A DNA stretch of 20,000 nt, taken from an uncultured virus (IMG/VR IMGVR_UViG_3300028833_000148) (lineage: Duplodnaviria; Heunggongvirae; Uroviricota; Caudoviricetes). Positions 8,198 to 16,612 of the stretch are shown here, piece by piece (position 1 is the stretch's first letter; each line of letters opens with the position of its first letter). Where the stretch lies: the IMG/VR virus record IMGVR_UViG_3300028833_000148, positions 53,292 through 73,291 of that record; one strand, given 5' to 3'. The notes under the pieces were generated by a model. That model was not told the origin of the DNA. It saw nothing but the letters and a program-made list of their open reading frames with translations, and did no database searches. Position numbers and translations under genes: made by a program.

Positions 8198-8229
8198 ATT
8201 TAAAATAATGTATTAAATCTATTTTCTAA

Positions 8230-9777
8230 ATGAATAAAAATATTAGAAGCAAAGTAGTGAAAGAATCTTTATTGGATTACAATACACTCGCTAATTCTTT
8301 GAGGGAAAATACTGAAAGTGCAGTCAAGACTCTTTTAGATGAGGCTGTACGTGATACATATGCCAAGTTATTGTCTGAGGACGATGACAAGGACTACGAA
8401 GAAGAGGAAGTGGAAGATACTAGTTCTGATATTACAAATGATGCTGATTCAGTAGATGCCTCTACGGATGGCGTAGAGGACGCTGACACTGGTAAGGAAG
8501 CAGATGAGCCAACTGACGATGCAGTAATTGATGGTGGTGATGACACTAATAGTGATGACACTAGCATTGATGATGCAAGCGTAGAGGGTGACGAATCAAG
8601 CGAAGATGGTGACGGATGGGCAGAGTTTGATAAATATAAAATATCAGACGATGAGTATGACTTTTCAAATGCGGAAGACGAGGAAATCGTAAAGGTTTAC
8701 AAGCTAATGAAGAATGATGACCAGATACTCGTTCATAAGGACGATAATGGCAACGTAAACATTCAAGACAATGAAACTGGAGCTGAGTACCTAATCAATC
8801 TTGGTGATAATGGAGAAGCGACAGATGTTGCTGCATCCAACTCAAGTGATGATGATGTAATTACAGATGATGAAGGTGCTGATGATTTCGGTGCAGAAGA
8901 TGATTATGAAAATGATTATGACGATATGAATGAATCAACAGAAAGAATGTTTGAATTAGTATTAGAGTACGATTCAAATGTAGGATACACTGACAATTAT
9001 CAGAAAAAAGATGTAATGACAAATCCAGGCATGTCAGAGCCAGGTAAAAATGTAAACGACTGGGACGCTGGTGTTCCTCACGGAACTGAGAAACCTTGGA
9101 GTGGATACCCAGGCAAGAAAAGTAAAGCAGACAAACCATTCAATGCTGAAAAAGGAAAGCAGATTGAAGAGGGTGAGGATGTAGAAGGTTCAATGGAAGA
9201 ATGTGGCAACGTTGATGCGCCAGTTGAGGAAGCAACAAACGTTGGTGGATTCGTACAGCAGAACAGCACATCTAAGTCTCACGTTCCAAACTCAAACGGA
9301 CGTAATGCTCGTTCAATGAGTAAGGGTGGTAAGAGAGTTAAGGGTACTGTAACACCACGTTATAGCGGTGGAGAGGAAGATTCAGTATCAGAGAGCTTTA
9401 TGAAGAGAGCGAATAAAGCACTTAGCGAAAACAAGGAATTAAAATCTACTTTAACTGACGTAATGAAGTCATTGAAGGAGGCTGCCGTTACAAACCACAA
9501 TCTTGGTATGATAATCAAGTTGATTTCTGAAAACTCAACAACACAAGATGAGAAGAAAGAGATTATTTCAAGATTCTCAAAAGAGGCTAAGACAGTAGAT
9601 GCATCTAAAACACTCTATGAGTCAATTAGCAGAGACCTTCAGAAATCAAAGAAAATGAACATCACTGAAGACAAGTCTCTTACAGTTGAAGGTTCAAAGA
9701 AAATCAATGAGACAAAAATCTACCAGTCAAAAGATGTGTTAGATTCTCTTGATTTAATGCACAGAATGATGAAATAA
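8230..9777 (+). CDS. Prohead core/scaffolding protein (functional analogue of T4 gp22)
   Basis: Lies between protease and major capsid gene. Very acidic disordered middle, coiled-coil C-terminus, many hydrophobic-x-E motifs (VKE, LRE, LSE, VLE, MEE, LKE, ISE, LYE, ITE, INE). Confidence 0.75.
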   Translation: MNKNIRSKVVKESLLDYNTLANSLRENTESAVKTLLDEAVRDTYAKLLSEDDDKDYEEEEVEDTSSDITNDADSVDASTDGVEDADTGKEADEPTDDAVIDGGDDTNSDDTSIDDASVEGDESSEDGDGWAEFDKYKISDDEYDFSNAEDEEIVKVYKLMKNDDQILVHKDDNGNVNIQDNETGAEYLINLGDNGEATDVAASNSSDDDVITDDEGADDFGAEDDYENDYDDMNESTERMFELVLEYDSNVGYTDNYQKKDVMTNPGMSEPGKNVNDWDAGVPHGTEKPWSGYPGKKSKADKPFNAEKGKQIEEGEDVEGSMEECGNVDAPVEEATNVGGFVQQNSTSKSHVPNSNGRNARSMSKGGKRVKGTVTPRYSGGEEDSVSESFMKRANKALSENKELKSTLTDVMKSLKEAAVTNHNLGMIIKLISENSTTQDEKKEIISRFSKEAKTVDASKTLYESISRDLQKSKKMNITEDKSLTVEGSKKINETKIYQSKDVLDSLDLMHRMMK

Positions 9778-9800
9778 TCGCACTTTTTAATTCTTGTGTA

Positions 9801-9807
9801 TATTTAT
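9801..9807 (+). promoter_or_regulatory. Putative late promoter TATTTAT (major capsid gene)
   Basis: Recurrent motif, starting 46 nt upstream of the capsid ATG. Confidence 0.6.
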
Positions 9808-9846
9808 ATTAAAAAATAATAAGTTAAATAAACTTCATTTATCTAT

Positions 9847-11871
9847 ATGAAAGAATTTTTATCAAGTGGTGTAGTTGGTAATATCGAGTACAACGCACAA
9901 AAACAGATACGTGAGAGCATTCAGCACCGTTGGGATGAACTTGGATTCACCGAGGGTCTTCCAGAGGGTATTAAGGAGAATGTTGCTACATTGTATGAAA
10001 ATGAGGCAAAGCACTTGATTTACGAGGCTACTGCTTCAGATAATAGCGGTTCATTCGAGACCGTTGTATTCCCTATCATTCGTAGGGTATTTAGCAAGCT
10101 TCTTGCTAATGATATTGTATCAGTTCAAGCAATGAACCTTCCAGTTGGTAAGTTGTTCTTCATTCTTCCTGTTACTTCAGAGAGAGAGTGGGAACTTCCA
10201 GAAGGTGCTGCTGGTGAACCAGGTGACATCTATGATGGAACTACTGGTCGTCATAAGGGTCTTATGGGCTATGACAGAGTTAACCGTAATAAGGAAGGTC
10301 GTGTTGAGCCAAGATACTATCTCCCAGATGAGACAATTAATGAACTTAACAAAAATCAGTGGTACGTACCACAGTTGAATCAGACCGTAGCAGACGCAAA
10401 GGATTATGATGCAGCTCTTGCAGATGCTCAAGCCGCTGGTCTTGGTGTAACAGCACTTCGTCAAGCTGGTCCTGAGGTAACTCAGTATTTCCAGAAGAGT
10501 TTGTATGACTTATTCTACAATGACTTCTTGTATGACAACTCTAAGGGTAAAGTTACCATTAAAGTTGGTGAAGCTATTCCAGCATTTTTGACACCTGGTG
10601 GTGTTCGTCCATTCGGAGCTGACAACCTTAATAAGTATTTCAAGAGTGGTTTTGACGGAACTATTCGTAACTTAATCCTTGAGATTGATGGTTTCTCTTC
10701 ATTCAATGCAAGCAAATTGACTGGTCCTGATGGTAACGAAATGGATACAGAAGGCTTCCTTGCATCTTTGAAAGTTATTACTCAGAAAGAGTTTACAGCT
10801 GCTGCTGCTCCTGGTTCTGACAGCGTTATGACTGCTGCTTTCCGTAAGTTTGAGTCAGTTCCTTTCAGAGTTGTTACTCAGAAATATGGTAAAGGTATCG
10901 TAGAATATGGCGCAGCTTGTGATGCTGAAGGCAAAATGTATATTGAGTTGGATTTGGCTAAACCAGTTGTTCAGCAAGCTGGTACAATCGATGGTTATAT
11001 CGGTGTTGATGCAGCACAATTGGACGCAGCAATCACAGTAGATGACCCACAAGCAACTAAAGATGCTTTGAAGTCATTGTTCAAAATTGCTTGGGCACAG
11101 TATGATTCTCTTGAGCTTGAGACTGAAATTGGTGAGGTTAGCTTCAAGTTGGATTCAGTAACTGTATCAGTAGAGGAGAGAAAACTTCGTGCTACATGGT
11201 CTCCAGAGTTGGCACAAGACGTTTCTGCATTCCACAATATTGACGCAGAGGCTGAGTTGACAGCAATCCTTTCAGAGCAGATTGCAGCAGAAATTGACCG
11301 TGAGATTCTTCGTGACTTGCGTAAGGGTGCTCCTTGGCAGGCTCGTTGGGATGTAAATGGTTGGAGACGTATGGCTGCATTCTCAACTAACTATACTCAG
11401 AAAGACTGGAACCAAGAGTTGATGACTAAGATTAACCAGATTTCTGCACAGATTCACAAGTCAACACTTCGTGGTGGTGCAAACTTCATTGTTGTATCTT
11501 CTGAAATCAGCGCATTGTTCGATAACCTTGAGTACTTCCACGTATCAGATGCTTCAGCAGAGAGCGACCAGTACAACATGGGTATTGAGAAGATTGGTTC
11601 ATTAAGCGGACGTTACACTGTATATCGTGACCCATATAGCCCACACTGGTCAATTATCATTGGTCACAAGGGTAAGTCACTTCTTGACACAGGTTACATC
11701 TATGCACCATATGTGCCAATGCAGTTGACTCCTACTATGTACAACCCATTCAACTTCGCACCAGTAAAGGGTATTATGACTCGTTACGCTAAGAAGATGG
11801 TTAACAACCGTTACTATGGACATGTTCGTGTTGACGGTCTTGTACATTGGTCAATCAATGAGTTTAGATAA
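9847..11871 (+). CDS. gp23: Major capsid protein (T4 gp23-like)
   Basis: Motifs FPIIRRVFSKLLANDIVSVQAMNLPVG, RKLRATWSPELAQDVSAFHNIDAEAELTAILSEQIAAEIDREIL, GYIYAPYVP, FAPVKGIMTRYA; strongly biased codon usage (cgt, ggt). Confidence 0.97.
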   Translation: MKEFLSSGVVGNIEYNAQKQIRESIQHRWDELGFTEGLPEGIKENVATLYENEAKHLIYEATASDNSGSFETVVFPIIRRVFSKLLANDIVSVQAMNLPVGKLFFILPVTSEREWELPEGAAGEPGDIYDGTTGRHKGLMGYDRVNRNKEGRVEPRYYLPDETINELNKNQWYVPQLNQTVADAKDYDAALADAQAAGLGVTALRQAGPEVTQYFQKSLYDLFYNDFLYDNSKGKVTIKVGEAIPAFLTPGGVRPFGADNLNKYFKSGFDGTIRNLILEIDGFSSFNASKLTGPDGNEMDTEGFLASLKVITQKEFTAAAAPGSDSVMTAAFRKFESVPFRVVTQKYGKGIVEYGAACDAEGKMYIELDLAKPVVQQAGTIDGYIGVDAAQLDAAITVDDPQATKDALKSLFKIAWAQYDSLELETEIGEVSFKLDSVTVSVEERKLRATWSPELAQDVSAFHNIDAEAELTAILSEQIAAEIDREILRDLRKGAPWQARWDVNGWRRMAAFSTNYTQKDWNQELMTKINQISAQIHKSTLRGGANFIVVSSEISALFDNLEYFHVSDASAESDQYNMGIEKIGSLSGRYTVYRDPYSPHWSIIIGHKGKSLLDTGYIYAPYVPMQLTPTMYNPFNFAPVKGIMTRYAKKMVNNRYYGHVRVDGLVHWSINEFR

Positions 11872-11901
11872 ATCGCTGACAAAACAGTTTAAAACTATAA
11901 T

Positions 11902-11939
11902 AAAAAACCTTGACTACAAATGGTGGTCAAGGTTTTTTT
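11902..11939 (+). terminator. Intrinsic terminator after major capsid gene
   Basis: AAAAAACCTTGACTA...TGGTCAAGGTTTTTTT hairpin with T tract. Confidence 0.85.
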
Positions 11940-11973
11940 GTTTTGTATAATATTTATATATAAAAAATATATT

Positions 11974-12354
11974 ATGCAATACTTTTACATAACACAAAAT
12001 AGTACTTTACCAACACTAAGAATGGAACTTATAGAGGATGGAAGGCATGACTTTAATAAATTCCATGAATGCATACAAGGTGCTGATATAACATTTACAA
12101 TGGTAAATGTTGATACCAATGTTACAAAAGTAGCCAAAAACAAAGCATATATAAAGCTTCGTGAAGGCGATGATTGCACTGAACAGTATATTATATGCTA
12201 TGATTGGAAAAAACACGATACAAAGGAAGCAGGAACGTTTAAAGGCACATTTGAAATAACTTTTGACCCATCACTTAAAAATGATGAGTATAATTATCCT
12301 AGTGGTATATTGAATATGCCAATAAGAGAGTCGCTTTATATAATCATACAATAA
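11974..12354 (+). CDS. BppU-N/DUF2479-like Ig-fold virion protein
   Basis: FYITQNSTLPTLRMEL...ITFTM...YDWKKHDTKEAGTFKGTFEITF pattern. Start placed at 11974 because ATG 11920 lies inside the terminator and TATTTAT is at 11951. Confidence 0.6.
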   Translation: MQYFYITQNSTLPTLRMELIEDGRHDFNKFHECIQGADITFTMVNVDTNVTKVAKNKAYIKLREGDDCTEQYIICYDWKKHDTKEAGTFKGTFEITFDPSLKNDEYNYPSGILNMPIRESLYIIIQ

Positions 12355-12421
12355 TTTTTAGTTTTTAATTAATTTTTTTTTTTATTCGTTTATATTTATA
12401 TATAGTAATACATATATAAAT

Positions 12422-13351
12422 ATGAGAAGATTAACGACAAAAGAATGGATTGAAAAAGCTAAAAAAATTCATGGGAATAAATATGATTATTCAAAAGTTA
12501 ATTACATTAATAACAGTACCAAAATTTGTATAATATGCCCCATTCATGGCGAATTTTGGATGACTCCAACTGCCCATGTTGATGGTAAACAAGGATGCAA
12601 AATCTGTAGTGGAAAAAAACTCACAAAGAATATTTTTATTGAAAAAGCTAGAAAAGTTCATGGTGATAAGTATGATTATTCTAAAGTAGAATACATTGAT
12701 AATAAGACTAAGGTTTGCATAATATGCCCTATTCATGGCGAATTTTGGCAAAAGCCAGTTAACCATTTACGAGGACAAGGTTGCCTTAAATGTGCTAATG
12801 AGTATTCCCCATCAACAGAAGAATGGATTGAAAAAGCTAGAAAAGTTCATGGTGATAAATATGACTATTCCAAATCAGTGTATGTTAACACTGTAACTAA
12901 AGTGTGCGTAATTTGTCCTAAACATGGCGAATTTTGGATATTTCCAAATAATCATTTAAAAGGTAATGGATGCCCAAAGTGTAAAAAAAGTAAACTTGAA
13001 AACATATTAGCATATTATTTAATGAAAAATAGCATAGAATTTACTTATATAAAAAAATTTGACTGGCTAAAAAATAAAAATCCCATGAGTTTAGATTTTT
13101 ATTTACCAGAATATAATGTTGCAATTGAATGCCAAGGAGAACAACATTTGATTAAAGGTAGAAATTTTACAAATGTGCTACAATTAGAAAATGATTTATT
13201 AAAAAATAAATTATGTAAAGAGAATGGCGTAAAATTATTATATTTTGGTTATACACCTATAAATGAAATAAATTGTAACAAAACAATTTACAATAAAAAT
13301 AATTATTTTACAAATATGGAAGAACTTTATATCGTTATTAGAGAAAAATAA
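12422..13351 (+). CDS. Putative free-standing homing endonuclease: three 63-aa Cys/His (DUF723-like) repeats plus C-terminal PD-(D/E)xK/DUF559-like nuclease
   Basis: Repeats IEKA.K.HG.KYDYSK..Y....K.C.ICP.HGEFW..P..H..G.GC..C; nuclease motif LDFYLPEYNVAIECQGEQH...KNKLCKENGVKLLYF. Confidence 0.8.
   Translation: MRRLTTKEWIEKAKKIHGNKYDYSKVNYINNSTKICIICPIHGEFWMTPTAHVDGKQGCKICSGKKLTKNIFIEKARKVHGDKYDYSKVEYIDNKTKVCIICPIHGEFWQKPVNHLRGQGCLKCANEYSPSTEEWIEKARKVHGDKYDYSKSVYVNTVTKVCVICPKHGEFWIFPNNHLKGNGCPKCKKSKLENILAYYLMKNSIEFTYIKKFDWLKNKNPMSLDFYLPEYNVAIECQGEQHLIKGRNFTNVLQLENDLLKNKLCKENGVKLLYFGYTPINEINCNKTIYNKNNYFTNMEELYIVIREK
12449..12985 (+). repeat. Three tandem 189-bp coding repeats
   Basis: attgaaaaagcta starts at 12449, 12638 and 12827; catggcgaattttgg is present in all three units. 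Confidence 0.9.
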
Positions 13352-13381
13352 AAGGAGAGAAAGCATCATTTCTCTCCTTTT
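13350..13381. terminator. Bidirectional terminator between convergent genes
   Basis: AAAAGGAGAGAAA-gcatca-TTTCTCTCCTTTT. Confidence 0.8.
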
Positions 13382-13620
13382 TCTTTTATAATATCATCAA
13401 GTTTCTTTTTTTCTTCTTCTGTGCATAAATCATAAAATTTCTGATAGTTTACTTGTAAGTCATACAGTTTGTTTTTTACGTCCTTAAGTTCATTGAACAT
13501 TGAGCCATAATAGGCTTTGAAATGATAATAATTTTTAGGTGTTACACTATCAATAATTGCCATATCTCCTGACGCGCGGTTGATTATGTAATCTTGAGGT
13601 TTAAAAATTGGTTCTATCAT
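13366..13620 (-). CDS. Hypothetical protein (84 aa)
   Basis: Tightly packed last gene of the helicase operon. Confidence 0.75.
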   Translation of the reverse strand: MIEPIFKPQDYIINRASGDMAIIDSVTPKNYYHFKAYYGSMFNELKDVKNKLYDLQVNYQKFYDLCTEEEKKKLDDIIKEKGEK

Positions 13621-13621
13621 A

Positions 13622-14023
13622 TCAATTTATCATTAACACATTTTTTATTGCTAGTTTATTTTCAACTTCTTCCAAAGTTTCCCCAAATCTAAAAAAAATT
13701 CTCCCTTCTTCTGGATATTCGTCATAGCCATCCAAATTTTCCCATGCTAACGCTATTATACCGTCAGTACAATCTTGAAAACCGAAACAGCAGTTGTCTT
13801 GGATTAAATCTAGTTTTATTTTCATTTTAACGATATGGATTTCATAAATATACTCTTCATCTGGTGTTAGTCCATTAACTAGACAACAAGGTTTCTGGTC
13901 AAAGTTTTCTCCCCAAAACCCATCAATGTCATTTGTAAAAATAAATTCATATCTGTAATACCCATCTGTTTCTTCGCCAATTAAACGTATGAAGCCTAGT
14001 TTTACAATTTCTTCATCTTCCAT
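13622..14023 (-). CDS. Hypothetical acidic phage protein
   Basis: Operon packing; ATG 14023 (MEDEE) lies 1 nt after the upstream stop, alternative start 14035. Motif IQDNCCFGFQDCTDGIIALAWE. Confidence 0.8.
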   Translation of the reverse strand: MEDEEIVKLGFIRLIGEETDGYYRYEFIFTNDIDGFWGENFDQKPCCLVNGLTPDEEYIYEIHIVKMKIKLDLIQDNCCFGFQDCTDGIIALAWENLDGYDEYPEEGRIFFRFGETLEEVENKLAIKNVLMIN

Positions 14024-14024
14024 A

Positions 14025-14522
14025 TTAACTTTCATCTTCTAATTTCTCAATCATTTCTTTAAGTTTGGCTATTTTTTCCTCTTTGGTACTATTTTCTGGA
14101 ATATAGCACACTTCTTCGCAAGTTATATTATTATCAATTTTTCCTCTATTTTCTTCCGCAATTTTATCTAAAATGCCTATTTTGTCTAGACTTATGATTT
14201 GTTTTACTTTTTCTATATCGGTGTTTGCTGTTGGTTTTTCAGTTGTATCTGAGCTTGCTTCATGTTTATATAAATAACGATTAACTAACGGTTTGTCTTT
14301 CATTTTTTGAATAATAGCATTAATTCTTTTAACTCCTTCATCGTTACCTAATAAATCGTGGATTTTCTCTTCTGCAACTCTTTCTGCGTCATATGGATTA
14401 ACATCAATGATGATATTGTTCTCAACTATATATTCTATTTTCTTACCATTTTTATTAGTATATATTTTACCCCTTTCGATAAATAAATTTTCAATATCTT
14501 TTAATTCAATTTTAAATTCCAT
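14025..14522 (-). CDS. Hypothetical protein (165 aa)
   Basis: Co-oriented ORF 20 nt downstream of the helicase. Confidence 0.75.
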   Translation of the reverse strand: MEFKIELKDIENLFIERGKIYTNKNGKKIEYIVENNIIIDVNPYDAERVAEEKIHDLLGNDEGVKRINAIIQKMKDKPLVNRYLYKHEASSDTTEKPTANTDIEKVKQIISLDKIGILDKIAEENRGKIDNNITCEEVCYIPENSTKEEKIAKLKEMIEKLEDES

Positions 14523-14542
14523 AACATTTCACATTAGTTTTA

Positions 14543-16507
14543 TTATTTTTCATTTTCGCTAACAATTATATTATCTATAATTTCTTGTTTACCCCTTACT
14601 TTATCAAACATTTCTTTATAAAAAGTATCAGAATAAACTTGATAGTAAATAGTTACATTGTTTTTTTGATTAAGCCTATGAATTCTATCTTCTGCTTGCA
14701 AATTATCACCACTAACCCATGAAAAACTGTTGAATATGGCAACACGACCAGAAACTAGTGTTAATCCCACTCCAGCTGAATGTATGTTACCTATAAACAC
14801 CTTGATATTTGGGTCATTCTGAAATCTTTCAACAGCCTCGTTTTTCTTTTTCATGGAAAGCTTTCCGTTGTGATAAACGCATAAATTCCCAAAATGTTTT
14901 CTAATTGTGTTCAATTCTTCATCGAATGAACAAAATATGACAACTTTATGTCCTAATTTGATGCATTTTTCAGCGAGTTTGATTGTCTTATCTGTCATAG
15001 ACTTGGCTAGCCATTGTCGCAGCATAATGCCTTCAGTAATACTCCTATATTTCTCAATGTCCTCTTTACCATGACCTTGTTGTGCTGCCAAATATTCCTC
15101 CCATACGCTGTCATATTCTTTTTTCTCTTTTTTAGTTAATTTATAATTTAAAACTTTAATGGTTTTCTTTACGATTTTACCAAAATCACTTTTCAATCTT
15201 CTTAGATAATACGGTTTAACAACCTCTTGTAATTCATCGAGATTTGAAGAACCATCTGTTACCCATATTTTTTCACAATTCTTGTCAAGAATTTCATCTA
15301 ACTGCTCTTTCTCTTCATCTGTCAACGCATACCAATTTTCTTTCTTTTTCTTCCTACAGAAAATTGCACAATATGCATCACGCTCTTTTTTATTATAGAA
15401 CCAACGTCCATCGCAATATCTTTCAACATAATACTTCCAATCGTTTGCTAACGGAGCGTCTATAATTTTTAATATGTTGAAGAAATTTATAGGGCGATTC
15501 GTAATTGGCGTTCCAGTTATTGCATATATACCTTTTGGATTACTTCTACCAAGGAGGTCAGATACAATTTTGAATATACCACTTGTTGTATTAGATAACC
15601 TATGTGCTTCATCAATTATTACTAGGTCAAACTTTGATTGGTATAATTGACTGTTACCCATAGCTTCACTTATCACAGCTTTCTTTCTAGACACAACAGT
15701 TTTCTCCTTAACAACCTTTACAACTTTTCCTTCATCGTTTAAGTTAAGTTCTTTTTTCTTAACAACCTCAGTTGGAACTTCATAGAAATTTTTCAGTATG
15801 TCATAATTAATAATTGTGAATTTATTCTCTTTCCATTTACTTCCTTCTACAATTGTTATGTCATCACTTGGTACTAATAACTCCAATTCCTTTTTCCATG
15901 TCATCTTTACAGAAGCAGGACATATTATTAATATTTTCTGATATTTGTCTTCCAATGCCGCTATGATTGCTGCTAATGTCTTACCACTACCCATTTCGCT
16001 AGCTAGAATCCCCTTTTTACGGCTCGTAAGGAACTTTACAGCCTCTTCTTGATAAGGATAAAGGATTCGTCCACTTCGCTCGTTGTAGGGCTTAAAATCG
16101 ATTTCTTTCAAATTCCAATCCTCAGATAAGAAATCAGTCAATATTGCTCTTTTTGGTGCAAATACTTCAACTGCTTTTTCTTGTGACCTTCTATAGATAC
16201 AATAGAAATGGTAGAATTGGTTTGTCTCTCCCATGTACCAAGTAATCTTGAATCTATCTGGTATAAACTCGGTATTCCATTCTTCTTGACGTTTCTTTCC
16301 ATACCAATCTGGGATTCTAACAATCTTGTTAATCAGCTTTGGCTCTTTATCGTGATTGTACAATACATACTCAGCCTCAAAATCATTCATTGTCTTTGTC
16401 TTATAGACGAAAACAGAATTTTTGAGACGAATTATGTAAGAGTTAGTTCCATTATACTCTTTCAATAAATTATATGCATCATTAATTTTATCTAATGATA
16501 GTGCCAT
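14543..16507 (-). CDS. SNF2-family SF2 helicase/ATPase (HARP/SMARCAL1-like)
   Basis: LYPYQEEAV, Walker A SEMGSGKT, ICPAS, Walker B IIDEAHR, motif III TGTPITNRP, motif V AGVGLTL, motif VI QAEDRIHRLNQ. Confidence 0.92.
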   Translation of the reverse strand: MALSLDKINDAYNLLKEYNGTNSYIIRLKNSVFVYKTKTMNDFEAEYVLYNHDKEPKLINKIVRIPDWYGKKRQEEWNTEFIPDRFKITWYMGETNQFYHFYCIYRRSQEKAVEVFAPKRAILTDFLSEDWNLKEIDFKPYNERSGRILYPYQEEAVKFLTSRKKGILASEMGSGKTLAAIIAALEDKYQKILIICPASVKMTWKKELELLVPSDDITIVEGSKWKENKFTIINYDILKNFYEVPTEVVKKKELNLNDEGKVVKVVKEKTVVSRKKAVISEAMGNSQLYQSKFDLVIIDEAHRLSNTTSGIFKIVSDLLGRSNPKGIYAITGTPITNRPINFFNILKIIDAPLANDWKYYVERYCDGRWFYNKKERDAYCAIFCRKKKKENWYALTDEEKEQLDEILDKNCEKIWVTDGSSNLDELQEVVKPYYLRRLKSDFGKIVKKTIKVLNYKLTKKEKKEYDSVWEEYLAAQQGHGKEDIEKYRSITEGIMLRQWLAKSMTDKTIKLAEKCIKLGHKVVIFCSFDEELNTIRKHFGNLCVYHNGKLSMKKKNEAVERFQNDPNIKVFIGNIHSAGVGLTLVSGRVAIFNSFSWVSGDNLQAEDRIHRLNQKNNVTIYYQVYSDTFYKEMFDKVRGKQEIIDNIIVSENEK

Positions 16508-16547
16508 TTTATATTATATTTTAACTAGTTAAAATATAATATAAAAT
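16506..16547. repeat. Perfect 42-bp palindrome
   Basis: ATTTTATATTATATTTTAACT|AGTTAAAATATAATATAAAAT, checked base by base; no loop, no mismatch. Confidence 0.95.
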
Positions 16548-16560
16548 ATGAAAAAATCAA
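16530..16560 (-). promoter_or_regulatory. Putative promoter TTGATTTTT-N13-TATATTTTA for the helicase operon
   Basis: Same motif and spacing as 5839-5869. Confidence 0.5.
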
Positions 16561-16612
16561 GACCTACCAATTGTTTTTTTTCATATATTTATATAATATA
16601 TTAAAGTTTTTT

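Noticed and set aside
10145..11386. Short ORFs overlapping the capsid gene, and similar ones over the helicase, kinase, neck and spike genes
   Set aside because: No motifs or initiation context; expected from the codon bias of the real genes.
9847..11871. Intron or intein explaining the long capsid, portal or helicase genes
   Set aside because: Frames are uninterrupted; no intein C/S...HN-C/S/T splice motifs or LAGLIDADG blocks were seen.
11920..11973. Longer ORF-track starts (11920; also 1913, 5289, 16571)
   Set aside because: The extensions run through terminator or promoter sequence and give F/I/Y-rich low-complexity peptides; the downstream ATGs fit the TATTTAT spacing.
12449..12985. 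189-bp periodic repeats as a CRISPR array or DGR template/variable repeat pair
   Set aside because: Repeats are in frame, encode conserved Cys/His units, vary at all base types, and have no unique spacers; no cas or reverse transcriptase gene is in the window.
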